From Myxococcaceae bacterium (lineage in GTDB: Bacteria > Myxococcota > Myxococcia > Myxococcales > Myxococcaceae), in the NCBI GenBank assembly GCA_035637895.1, contig DASRBA010000259.1, forward strand, positions 6,714 to 70,713: a DNA stretch of 64,000 nucleotides, in the 5' to 3' direction. How positions within the stretch are numbered: position 1 is the stretch's first letter; every line of letters starts with the position of its first letter. The translations under genes were made by a program, and so were the position numbers. Below, piece by piece: positions 20,052 to 28,855 of the stretch. Below the pieces are notes generated by a model that was given only the letters and a program-made list of their open reading frames with translations, ran no database searches and was not told the DNA's origin.

Positions 20052-21296
20052 ATGTATCCGGGCACGAAGCCCTTTGCGCGAGTGCGTGCTGTCCTCGAGC
20101 GAGTCGCAACGTGGCCGGGAGGGCCCGTGGCGATCGTTCTTCAGGGGCCACCGGGCGTAGGAAAGACGACCGCCGCGCGCGCCCTCGCCGTCGCCCGCGC
20201 TATCGCCACTGTTGACCCCGAGGTGCTCAATCTGGGGGAGGATCGAGCTGCGAAGATGGTGTTGCGGGACATCGAGATCGGTTGGTACCGCTCCATTTCC
20301 CTGCCCGGCCTGACCCCGTCATTAGCCGACAGCCAACTCTTTGGCCTAAAACCCAAGGGCGCAACGGACGTAGCTCCGCGGATTGGGCTGTTCGAGCAGA
20401 CCATGACCGGCGCTCGGGCCGGTTCCGGTGAATCGCACCAAGCCCTCATCCAGGAGGCACAAAAGGAGCGGCGCCGTATCAATCTCGTCACTGGAGGAGT
20501 CGTCCTCCTCGACGAGATCGGCGATGCACCTGAATGGGTGCAATTGAAGCTGCTTCGTCTGCTCAACGGGGAGCGAGTGGCACGTGTGCAAGGGGAAGGA
20601 GATCCTGATTACGAATTCTGTTTTCGCGGCATCATCGTGCTTGCTACCTGGCGGGAGCTTGACGGGAACAATGGGCTGCGGCCGGACTTCAAGCAAAGAA
20701 TCATAAGCAATCGTCTTCGGATGCCCAGTCTCTCAGAGTATCCAATTGAGGCTCGGCAGCGACTCGTTGTCTCAGTCGTCGAGGGCTCCAAAACAGCTCG
20801 AAGCGAAGCCCTGGCAGAGTTGGAAGGACTGTTCAGTGGGGCGGATGACCCGATCGCAAGCTCCTACCGCCTCGCGCTAAGCAAATCGAGGACGCTGACG
20901 ACCGCGGAGGTCACTGAGATCGCGAGTCAGGACTGGAGCCAACTGAGTGAGTTGCGCGGGCTCCGGGCCATTGTGCAGAAGGTCTATGACGGGTCCTCGG
21001 TCAAGGAGGCAGTCGCTGAGATTACCGATGAACTCCAAGCGCCGCAGGAAGGTGCTGTCCAAGAAGAGGCCGATCTAGCCCGATTCAAGCGGTATCTCTC
21101 CATGCCCGTGCCGCTCGCCACCGCGTTGCGGCAAGACAGCGTCGAGTGGGCAGGCAGGGTCAATAAACAACTGACCGAGCGCACCCACCGCTTCGATGAA
21201 GCCATCAGGAGCAGCGGGAGGAAGCGCGCTCAGGTCAAGAAGGACCTCGAAAACCTCCGACGCTCAAAAGCGAGTGGTCGACGCACTCCCAAGTGA
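20052..21296 (+). CDS. AAA+ ATPase, sigma54-activator-like core without GAFTGA loop or obvious HTH. Start uncertain (ATG 20052, or GTG 20004)
   Basis: Walker A IVLQGPPGVGKTT; Walker B VVLLDEIGDAPEWVQLKLLRLLNGERVARV...IIVLATWREL...DFKQRIISNRLRMPSLSEYP follows the bEBP AAA+ pattern. The track ORF start at 19725 overlaps the convergent gene, so the start was trimmed. Confidence 0.75.
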   Translation: MYPGTKPFARVRAVLERVATWPGGPVAIVLQGPPGVGKTTAARALAVARAIATVDPEVLNLGEDRAAKMVLRDIEIGWYRSISLPGLTPSLADSQLFGLKPKGATDVAPRIGLFEQTMTGARAGSGESHQALIQEAQKERRRINLVTGGVVLLDEIGDAPEWVQLKLLRLLNGERVARVQGEGDPDYEFCFRGIIVLATWRELDGNNGLRPDFKQRIISNRLRMPSLSEYPIEARQRLVVSVVEGSKTARSEALAELEGLFSGADDPIASSYRLALSKSRTLTTAEVTEIASQDWSQLSELRGLRAIVQKVYDGSSVKEAVAEITDELQAPQEGAVQEEADLARFKRYLSMPVPLATALRQDSVEWAGRVNKQLTERTHRFDEAIRSSGRKRAQVKKDLENLRRSKASGRRTPK

Positions 21297-21393
21297 GTGG
21301 CCGAACATCCGAGGAGCTTCGCCAACCCAGTGGTTCTGGGGTCTTGCAGAGCCAGAATGGGAGGCCCGCTGGTTGCAATTCAGTGGTCGCGAG

Positions 21394-21849
21394 GTGGCGT
21401 GCGCGATGATCAAGGTCGACGATGGCGAGCTACTCAGCGACATCCTCAAATGGTCGGTTGCTGGATTTGGCACCGCCTTCGAGGTGGCGGTTCCCTCTTT
21501 CGAGCCCTCCGGGTTGTTCTCGCGGAGCATGATGCAGGCGGCCGCTCTCGGGACGCGGGTCCGATTCTTCACCCGCTGGCCGGAGGAGAAGGACAAGCAG
21601 GACGCCTTGGCCCAGTTGATGGCTCACGATGTGGCCGTGGTCATCGTCCCCCACCTTCAAGCCCAAGCGGCGCTGCTGACCGATGAGTCCACCGGCCTGT
21701 GGTACGGCTGGGTCGAAGGGGTCGCCTTCCTGGGCTGCGGCGACGCCGAGGCCGTGTTGCTTCGGGAACTGCTGGAGACGATCGAAGATTGGGAGAGGGC
21801 GGCTAGCCGCGAGGTGCGGCGGCGCGCCTTCCAGAGGCGGCTGAACTGA
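21394..21849 (+). CDS. Small hypothetical protein (start uncertain: TTG 21373, GTG 21394 or ATG 21406)
   Basis: ORF in the operon gap between the AAA+ gene (ends 21296) and the P-loop gene (starts 21882), with protein-like composition (WFWGLAEPEWEARWLQF...). The portion of the track ORF upstream of 21296 overlaps the preceding gene. Confidence 0.5.
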   Translation: MACAMIKVDDGELLSDILKWSVAGFGTAFEVAVPSFEPSGLFSRSMMQAAALGTRVRFFTRWPEEKDKQDALAQLMAHDVAVVIVPHLQAQAALLTDESTGLWYGWVEGVAFLGCGDAEAVLLRELLETIEDWERAASREVRRRAFQRRLN

Positions 21850-21881
21850 AGCTAGCGGGTGGAGGAGAAAGGACAACGTCG

Positions 21882-23036
21882 ATGCAGAAGCGGATGTCGG
21901 AGTGGTTCTTCCTGAAGGACGAGTTCAGTTCGTTCATCGTCGACGCGCAGAAGCATGCGCAGCACCTGTGTGGTGTCGAGGATCGCAAGCTGCGCGACGA
22001 CCTGGCCCTTTCTTTGAGGGAGTGTGCCTACTCGCAGCGGGGTCACCATGCGATCATTTGGGGCAACGCCGGTCGTGGAAAGACACATCTAGCCCACCAT
22101 CTGGTGGTCACCGCTGTCGACAACCAGGCCATCCTGCCCATCTACGTGGACTGTCCGCCGTTTCCGTCGGCTAAGGCACCGCTCCACATGTTCTTCGGGG
22201 CGCTCCTCAAGTCGATTCCCTGGAAGACAGTCAAGGACTTCGTGGGCAAATACCGCGCGAAGGCAGAAAACGACTCGACGCTTGAGAAGCGCGTCCAAGA
22301 TGTACTCCAAGCAGACACGAACATCTACGACGCGATGGTGGAGGGACTGGGGATGGGAAAGGAGTCCTCGATCCGGAGTACTCTGGGCTGGCTTGGGGGC
22401 GAGCCCGGTGGGAAGGTGAACGCCGCCCACGAGGCACCCGAGCAGTTCACGGACGAGGGGCAATTAGCTCGCAACATCGGCGCGTTGGGGGAGATGCTCC
22501 TCATCGCAGAGGGAAAGAACCTCATTTTCTTGGTGGACGAAGCAGAGCGCTTTCAGACGATTGCCAGCGGAGAGCGTTACTGGATCTGGCTCTCCGCGAT
22601 TCGCGAGCTCTTCCGCCGGCCAGCTGTGGGATTGATCCTCTTTATCATCGCTCGGAATCGCGACGATATTCCAAATATCCTCTGGGAGGACGAAATAAGC
22701 TCAGTTATCGGTGGCAACAATATTCATGAGTCGGCGAATTTCGCGCAGCCGAGCGCCGAGAGCTTCCTCAAGGATCTGCTAGACACAGTGGTCAAGCGCA
22801 GTCCGGCGCCCACCGAATTGCAGAAGATTGTGCAGGAGAAGGGCGAGTCTCTGGAGACGTATCCTTTCACAAAATCCGCCTTCGAAGAATTTATTGCCCA
22901 CCATTCAATAGGCACGCTGACGAATATTCCACGAGCCATTATCGGGAGCCTTGAGCACTGCGCTCGTCGCGCGATGACCCTTGACAAGAAGTTGATCGAC
23001 CATGACGTCCTACGCAGGGTGATCGAAGGGGTCTGA
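21882..23036 (+). CDS. P-loop NTPase (Walker A GNAGRGKT, Walker B IFLVDEAE), unknown family
   Basis: HAIIWGNAGRGKTHLAHHLV and LIFLVDEAERF. 384 aa. Confidence 0.8.
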   Translation: MQKRMSEWFFLKDEFSSFIVDAQKHAQHLCGVEDRKLRDDLALSLRECAYSQRGHHAIIWGNAGRGKTHLAHHLVVTAVDNQAILPIYVDCPPFPSAKAPLHMFFGALLKSIPWKTVKDFVGKYRAKAENDSTLEKRVQDVLQADTNIYDAMVEGLGMGKESSIRSTLGWLGGEPGGKVNAAHEAPEQFTDEGQLARNIGALGEMLLIAEGKNLIFLVDEAERFQTIASGERYWIWLSAIRELFRRPAVGLILFIIARNRDDIPNILWEDEISSVIGGNNIHESANFAQPSAESFLKDLLDTVVKRSPAPTELQKIVQEKGESLETYPFTKSAFEEFIAHHSIGTLTNIPRAIIGSLEHCARRAMTLDKKLIDHDVLRRVIEGV

Positions 23037-23052
23037 AGGGCAGGGGAAGATC

Positions 23053-24414
23053 ATGGCCAGGATTAGAGTGGAATGCGAGCCGCGCATCACCTGGGATCCC
23101 GTCGTCGGCGGTCCGGGTGAGCAGTACGTCCACCTTGGCGCGGTCATCGACAGCGGGCGCCGCCGGACGGTCAAGTTTGACGCCGATGGGAATTTCGTCG
23201 TCTTGGAGGTCGGAAAACGAGGGAGTGGGAAGTCATTCGGATTGGGTTCGATTATGGAGGCCTTCGCCGCCGCCGCTGACACGTGCACCATTGCCAAGCA
23301 GAGCCCGAACCGGCGGGGTGTCCTGCTCTTGGACCCGCTGGATGTGCATTGGACCGCCATCTACCCCGTCCGGAAGGATGGTTCGGTCCACATGCAGGAG
23401 CAATACAAACTCCTGGAGCGTTTTCCAGAGGTCGCGGTCGAACCCATCAATGTCGCAGTGTACATGCCCGCCGGACGAGGTCGACCCGAGGACCCTGCTG
23501 TCTTCCGGGCATACCACCTTCCTGTCTGCGACCTCACGTCGGAGGACTTCGCGTTGCTCTACGGCGCGAACCTGGTGAGTGACCCGGCAGGAATGCTGAT
23601 TGGGGAAATCCACGACAAGGTGAGCCGGTTGGGGTTCACCCGAGGCGCCACCGACGTTCCTGCCAAGGAGGTCTTTGGCCTCCAGGACCTCATCGATTGC
23701 TTGCAGGATACGGACATACAGGCCAACTACACAGTGCAGACTCTGCGAGCCGTCCGGCAGCGCCTGCTGTCCTGGCTTCGCGATCCGCTTTTCCAACAGC
23801 CCTCCGGGACCCCGGTGACGGAACTGGTCCAGCCGGGGCGAATGGGCATCTTATGCCTCAACCGCCTCTCGGAAGAGATGCGTAACGTGGTCACCGCCGT
23901 CATCGTCCGGCGGCTCAAGGCGGATCGGAGCCGGGCGAGCAACCTGGAGCGTGATCGCGCCTTCAATCCGCACCCCCTCAATAGACCTGCGGGGTTACCG
24001 CGGACGATCCTAGCCATCGACGAGGCCCAAATGATCCTGCCGGCGACGGGAAATAGCCACGCGCGGAGCGCAATCGAGTCCTATGTCCTCGAAGGTCGAA
24101 ACTTCGGGCTCTCGATCTGGATGGCTACCCAACGGCCGCGAGGGGCCATCTCGGAAAGAGCTAAGAGCCAGATCGACACGCTAATCGTCCACAAACTATC
24201 CACGGCGGAGGATCTGGAGGCCGTGGCGGGTCTCCTCCAGTCTGCGGAGCCCCTCAAAATTAAGGTCAACGAGTCGGTGGTCCCCCTAGCAGAATTGACG
24301 CGCAGCCTCGATGTGGGGATGGCCATCGTCTCCAGCGGGAACGGGAACGTCCATCGCGCCTTCGTGGTCGAGATGCGGCCACGGGTCGTCGCCCACGGTG
24401 GCCAGGCGTTCTGA
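23053..24414 (+). CDS. HerA/FtsK-superfamily (DUF87-like) ATPase
   Basis: Walker A VGKRGSGKSFG, Walker B ILAIDEAQ, and the characteristic IWMATQRP...DTLIVHKL (ATQRP / arginine-finger region) seen in HerA/VirB4-like translocases. Confidence 0.8.
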   Translation: MARIRVECEPRITWDPVVGGPGEQYVHLGAVIDSGRRRTVKFDADGNFVVLEVGKRGSGKSFGLGSIMEAFAAAADTCTIAKQSPNRRGVLLLDPLDVHWTAIYPVRKDGSVHMQEQYKLLERFPEVAVEPINVAVYMPAGRGRPEDPAVFRAYHLPVCDLTSEDFALLYGANLVSDPAGMLIGEIHDKVSRLGFTRGATDVPAKEVFGLQDLIDCLQDTDIQANYTVQTLRAVRQRLLSWLRDPLFQQPSGTPVTELVQPGRMGILCLNRLSEEMRNVVTAVIVRRLKADRSRASNLERDRAFNPHPLNRPAGLPRTILAIDEAQMILPATGNSHARSAIESYVLEGRNFGLSIWMATQRPRGAISERAKSQIDTLIVHKLSTAEDLEAVAGLLQSAEPLKIKVNESVVPLAELTRSLDVGMAIVSSGNGNVHRAFVVEMRPRVVAHGGQAF

Positions 24415-24426
24415 CGAGGACCGGCC

Positions 24427-25707
24427 ATGCTCATCCCCCGTTTCTGCAACTACTACACCGATTACCAGCAGCGCTTGGGCTTCCTGAAGGTCTTGGCGAG
24501 AACGGGCGAAGGTGTGCGCGGGGGCCACGATCAGTACGTCGCTCGGCTAGAAGAACTCTACAACACTCGCGGCGCACGCCGGGGAAATCGACGGGCTGTT
24601 TTCGATCCGGAAGCGTTGCTTCAGCGCACTGAGATCCCCTCTTGGCAGGTGGGCTTCTACAAGCCTTACCTCGGACGCCTGGTCAACTGGGGCGAGATGT
24701 GCGGAATCATCGCCGCCAACGGCCGCCTCTCTGAATGGGCGCGCATCCTACTCATCATTGGCAAGGAACAATCGGAAGAACGAAAAGAAAACCCATTCAT
24801 CCTCTCCGAAGTCGAACGGGCCTTCTTCCTCCAACTCTTGTTGGTCCACGACCAGGTGCTGCGGGACCTGATCGTCAGCTTGGGCCAGCGTGCCCCAGGA
24901 ACACGGCTTGGCGTGCTGGAGAGTTGCTTGGTCACGCTGGATGCCCTGGGCTCCTTCGCTGACGGTATTCAAGGGCCAGGTATTGAGGCGGTGCAACTGC
25001 GCGTTGAGTTGCGCAACCTCCTCGAGCGCATCGCCAGAAAGTGGAAATTCGACCGTACGGCGTTCATGTCGCCAGACCGCCGGGCGGAGGCGCTGGCTGC
25101 CGTTCGGGAGGAGGGTTCACGAAGGAAACCACGCAACCGGTTGCTGGAGATGAACGCCATCTGCCGCTTCGAACAGCTCACCGACCTAGGCTTGCTGGTC
25201 AAGGAGCCCGCGGGCCGACGAGACTTAACTGGTGAGCAACGGCGCGCCGTGCGGACGGGGTGGGACTGGGAGGTGGCTCCTGGCCTGAACGACATGGCCT
25301 ACCGGCTCGCCTCGAACGCGTCGATAACAGAGATCCTCACCCACCATTGGATCGAGGTGTCGACCTGTGGGATGGGACCGGCACCACTAAAGGAGCTCCA
25401 GAAGGCGGAACTGGTCGAGGTACTGGATCGCGTGTTGCCGATGGCGCGTCGGCAGCTGGGGCCGGTCCAGGTCCATACCTGGGCGACGCTCGCTTCGCTG
25501 GAGGCGCTGCGCGGCCATGGCCGGCTGGAGATTGGCCAGGTCCACGAACTATTGGACGCACTGCAGCGAGATCCTGGCGCTGGCGACGTCATCCGGCAGG
25601 GCGGACGGCCGGATTTCTTGGGGCGGACCGCAGTGGTCTCCAGGGGTGGCTTGTCCTCGCTTCTTAGCTCCCATGGATCCGAGCGGCGAGGAGGCGACCG
25701 TGTCTGA
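24427..25707 (+). CDS. Hypothetical protein (defence-operon component, no recognisable domain)
   Basis: 426-aa ORF starting 13 nt after the HerA-like stop, with protein-like composition. Confidence 0.7.
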   Translation: MLIPRFCNYYTDYQQRLGFLKVLARTGEGVRGGHDQYVARLEELYNTRGARRGNRRAVFDPEALLQRTEIPSWQVGFYKPYLGRLVNWGEMCGIIAANGRLSEWARILLIIGKEQSEERKENPFILSEVERAFFLQLLLVHDQVLRDLIVSLGQRAPGTRLGVLESCLVTLDALGSFADGIQGPGIEAVQLRVELRNLLERIARKWKFDRTAFMSPDRRAEALAAVREEGSRRKPRNRLLEMNAICRFEQLTDLGLLVKEPAGRRDLTGEQRRAVRTGWDWEVAPGLNDMAYRLASNASITEILTHHWIEVSTCGMGPAPLKELQKAELVEVLDRVLPMARRQLGPVQVHTWATLASLEALRGHGRLEIGQVHELLDALQRDPGAGDVIRQGGRPDFLGRTAVVSRGGLSSLLSSHGSERRGGDRV

Positions 25708-26488
25708 TGAGTTTCACACCGCATGGATGGCCAGAATGCAGCAGGCAGAAAGAACGGCAAAGGACGTCATCGACATCTGCTCGAAGCTCCCGGCGAACCC
25801 CTTTGAGGCCCGAGCGCGCCTCCACAGTACCGCCAGCAAGCTCGAAGCGTCAGGCTTGCGTCCGCTGGCTCCCCCGATGGACTTGGTGCGCCATGTTGAG
25901 GACGAATGCGTGCGGGCGCGGGCTGAGTTCTGGGACCAGATGGCCGAGGCCTGCCGCCGCAAGGAATGGCCGATCGACGGCTCCACAAACCGGCGCCTGG
26001 TGGGTCGAGGGCTGATAATTGAGCTAACCGACGACGAAGTGCGCATCGATGAGATTTCACTCCGCCTTTCTCCTCACGCAGCTTCGGTGGTGGAGGTAAT
26101 CGCTGGCGAGGTCAGCGCATTGGTGCCGACGGACTTCAACCCTGAAAGATATATGGCCTTGCTGGTAACGGCTTACGACGCGGCCCCGGGCGGAGTGGAG
26201 AAGCCGCTGGAGGCGGTCTACCGAGCTGCCGTCTTTGCTTCTCAGAAGTCGGCGTTCTGGAAGGGGCTCAACCCGGACCATTTCGTGCGGTTAACGCGTC
26301 CCGCGTTCCGGGCGCGACTGGCCCGCTTGCTTCATCTTGGCACACGGACCGCAGACGGGCGGGAGATCAGGTTTGGGAGCACTGTCGTCGCAAAGGACGC
26401 CTGGGAAGTCTATTCCCCTGGCGAGGAACGGCTAGTACAGGTCGGCCGTATCTCGTTGGGTTACGCAGGTAGCCAACATGAACATTGA
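25673..26488 (+). CDS. Hypothetical protein (start uncertain: ATG 25673 overlapping the upstream gene, or ATG 25727)
   Basis: ORF continuing the operon. Its 3' end overlaps the next gene's start by 11 nt. Confidence 0.65.
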   Translation: MDPSGEEATVSDEFHTAWMARMQQAERTAKDVIDICSKLPANPFEARARLHSTASKLEASGLRPLAPPMDLVRHVEDECVRARAEFWDQMAEACRRKEWPIDGSTNRRLVGRGLIIELTDDEVRIDEISLRLSPHAASVVEVIAGEVSALVPTDFNPERYMALLVTAYDAAPGGVEKPLEAVYRAAVFASQKSAFWKGLNPDHFVRLTRPAFRARLARLLHLGTRTADGREIRFGSTVVAKDAWEVYSPGEERLVQVGRISLGYAGSQHEH

Positions 26489-27785
26489 CCAAGTTGATGA
26501 GTCGGAAGCGCGGCGAATCCTCCGTTCACTGCGCTCAGGTGCCACGCCCACTCAGTACGCCAGTCAGATCTTCGTAGGGCAGGGACCCTGGTTCGATACC
26601 GCGCGGAAGATGATGCACGACACCGCAATAGATGAGGACTTTGAGGTGCGGTTCCTCCGAGCCGCCTACGGCGGCGGCAAGACACTGTTCCTCCGCTGCC
26701 TCGAGGAGGCGGCCCGGGCCGACGGATGGGTCACGGCTTACGTACTCCTCAAGCAGGGCTCTGTGGAGTTGGACAAGTTCGACACGTGGGTGCGAGAGGT
26801 GGCACGCACCGTTGAGTTTCCTGACGCAAGCCGAGGGATGAACACTCTGCTAGAGCGGGCGATGGCTACGCACCTGAAGTCCCACGGCTATGATCCTAGC
26901 CGTGCTACTTCCTTGAATGTCCTGGAGCGCGCCGGAGAGGGCCTCGCGAAATTCTGCCGCGGGAGGGCGCTCGAATACGATTTCTCCTTAGCCCTACGTG
27001 CGACCCTCGAGGCCCGCTTTGAGCGTGACGAAATTCGACTCCATGAGATTGCCAAGTGGCTGAGTGGAGGATCTGAGAGACTGGCGGTCGACCCCGCCCG
27101 TTTCGGTTCGAACCCGCACCGCCCGGCTACGCGAGCTGGAGCAGTCCAGCTGAAACAGCTAGGACCGGGGACGGCCGATCAGTTGCTCCGGCTCCTGGCT
27201 CTGCTGACGAAGATGAGCGGGCAAAAGGGCCTGATGCTTTCCTTCGATGAGGTCGAATTGATCGGCACGCTTCCGGAGAAGCGATTGAAAATTGCACTCC
27301 AGACGCTTCGGGAGTTGGTCGATCACACGGATCCGGCTCTGGAACCGCCCTCGACGTGCCTGTTCGTGGCCGCGACGCCAGAGATGTTCGAGAGCCCGAG
27401 GATGCTGCCCAGTTACAAAGCGCTCCAGGACCGAGTCGACAAGCTTCCCACCTCGCGGCGTGGTCCCCCTAATCTGCGCGGTACGGTGATTGACCTCGAC
27501 GCGACCGAGTTAGGCGAAGGCGACCTCGCGGCACTGGCAGAGCGCATCATGGCGCTGTACCGGAAGAGCGGGGAGGACGTGCCTCCCAACTTGGATGGGC
27601 AGCTAAAGGAGTTGGTCAAGACCATCACGGTACGTCGCTACAGCATCGCCCGGCCGCGACTCTTATGCCGGTGCCTGCTTGACATCTTAGACGGCAAGTT
27701 CGGGGCCGACATGCCCCAGGAGATCGCTGCCAGGAACGAGCAGATGACGAAGGAACGTCAGACAGAGATGAGGGTTAAGGCGTGA
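26478..27785 (+). CDS. P-loop ATPase, BrxD/DUF2791-like (family recalled, not searched)
   Basis: N-terminal EARRILRSLRSGATP box followed by Walker A AAYGGGKTLFL and Walker B LMLSFDEVE. 435 aa. Confidence 0.75.
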   Translation: MNIDQVDESEARRILRSLRSGATPTQYASQIFVGQGPWFDTARKMMHDTAIDEDFEVRFLRAAYGGGKTLFLRCLEEAARADGWVTAYVLLKQGSVELDKFDTWVREVARTVEFPDASRGMNTLLERAMATHLKSHGYDPSRATSLNVLERAGEGLAKFCRGRALEYDFSLALRATLEARFERDEIRLHEIAKWLSGGSERLAVDPARFGSNPHRPATRAGAVQLKQLGPGTADQLLRLLALLTKMSGQKGLMLSFDEVELIGTLPEKRLKIALQTLRELVDHTDPALEPPSTCLFVAATPEMFESPRMLPSYKALQDRVDKLPTSRRGPPNLRGTVIDLDATELGEGDLAALAERIMALYRKSGEDVPPNLDGQLKELVKTITVRRYSIARPRLLCRCLLDILDGKFGADMPQEIAARNEQMTKERQTEMRVKA

Positions 27786-28855
27786 GTAGCCGCGACTCCT
27801 CTGCCCGACGGATCGTCCGCGCGCTGCGAAGCGGCGTAGCCAGTCCAGAGTCAGTGGTTCGCATGAAGATCGGAAGCGAGGAGATCGAGGCCCAGTTTAA
27901 TGCCGCGTTCGACGCCTTCCTGCAGGGCGGTCAGACGCCCGGCCCGATACTTTTAGAAGGCGACTGGGGGTCGGGGAAAACACACATCAAAACGCTGCTG
28001 CGCCATGAAATGCGGCGCCGCCAGATTCCGCATGTAGCAACCGCTCTTGGCCGTTACCAAGGCTCTCTGGCCCACCTGCACTTGACTGTGCCACAGTGGC
28101 TCACAACGGTCGACTTCGGGGGCGCGCGTGGACTGCGCGCCGCCCTGGACGCTGGCATTCTGTCTCCGGGCGGCACCCACGCCTGGGCCAATACTAAGGT
28201 CACGCCCTTCGCGGAAGGCTTACGATGGGCGTTAGGGGGCTGGGACGAGGCTGGTTGGCTGCGTGCGCTCGGACATTGCTACGCCATGCCGAACCAAGGC
28301 TACCAGCACTGGAAGGCGCTCGACTTAGTATTGTCGGCCGGGGAGTACGTGGCGACGGTCGGTGGAAGGGGAATCGCCCTCCTTTTGGACGAGGCCGAAA
28401 ACGTCTGCTTACAGCACGACATCAGGGGACGGAGGCGTAGCTACGATGCGCTGCGCCGGCTGTATCTCAGTCAACACTTCCTATTAACCTTGTTCGTGAC
28501 GGCACGGTTTCTCGATCAGGTTCAACAGGACTGGAGGCAGGGCCTGGCCTCGGGCTGGGTCTACTGGACGGAGGAGGCTCGTGAATTCGTCTCGAATCTG
28601 CGCCACATGACGCGCTTGAAGACGCCGGCCCTGAGGCTGAGCGACGCCAAGGAGTTGGTGCGGCGCATTCATGCTGTCTACCAGGAAGCATACGGGCCCA
28701 TTTCGTTCGCTACCTCGGAGGCGGACATCCTCCGGGCGTGGACGCGGACCCCAACTCACTCCGTGCGACTGTTGATCCGCTTGACCGTCAGCGATCTGGA
28801 CGTTGCGGCCGGGGTAACATCGACACGGACTCTAAATGAAGAGTCGGTTGCCTAG
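27782..28855 (+). CDS. P-loop ATPase, paralog of the preceding BrxD/DUF2791-like gene
   Basis: Same N-terminal box SARRIVRALRSGVASP, Walker A GDWGSGKTHIK, Walker B IALLLDEAE. 4-nt overlap (ATGA) with the upstream paralog. Confidence 0.75.
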   Translation: MSSRDSSARRIVRALRSGVASPESVVRMKIGSEEIEAQFNAAFDAFLQGGQTPGPILLEGDWGSGKTHIKTLLRHEMRRRQIPHVATALGRYQGSLAHLHLTVPQWLTTVDFGGARGLRAALDAGILSPGGTHAWANTKVTPFAEGLRWALGGWDEAGWLRALGHCYAMPNQGYQHWKALDLVLSAGEYVATVGGRGIALLLDEAENVCLQHDIRGRRRSYDALRRLYLSQHFLLTLFVTARFLDQVQQDWRQGLASGWVYWTEEAREFVSNLRHMTRLKTPALRLSDAKELVRRIHAVYQEAYGPISFATSEADILRAWTRTPTHSVRLLIRLTVSDLDVAAGVTSTRTLNEESVA

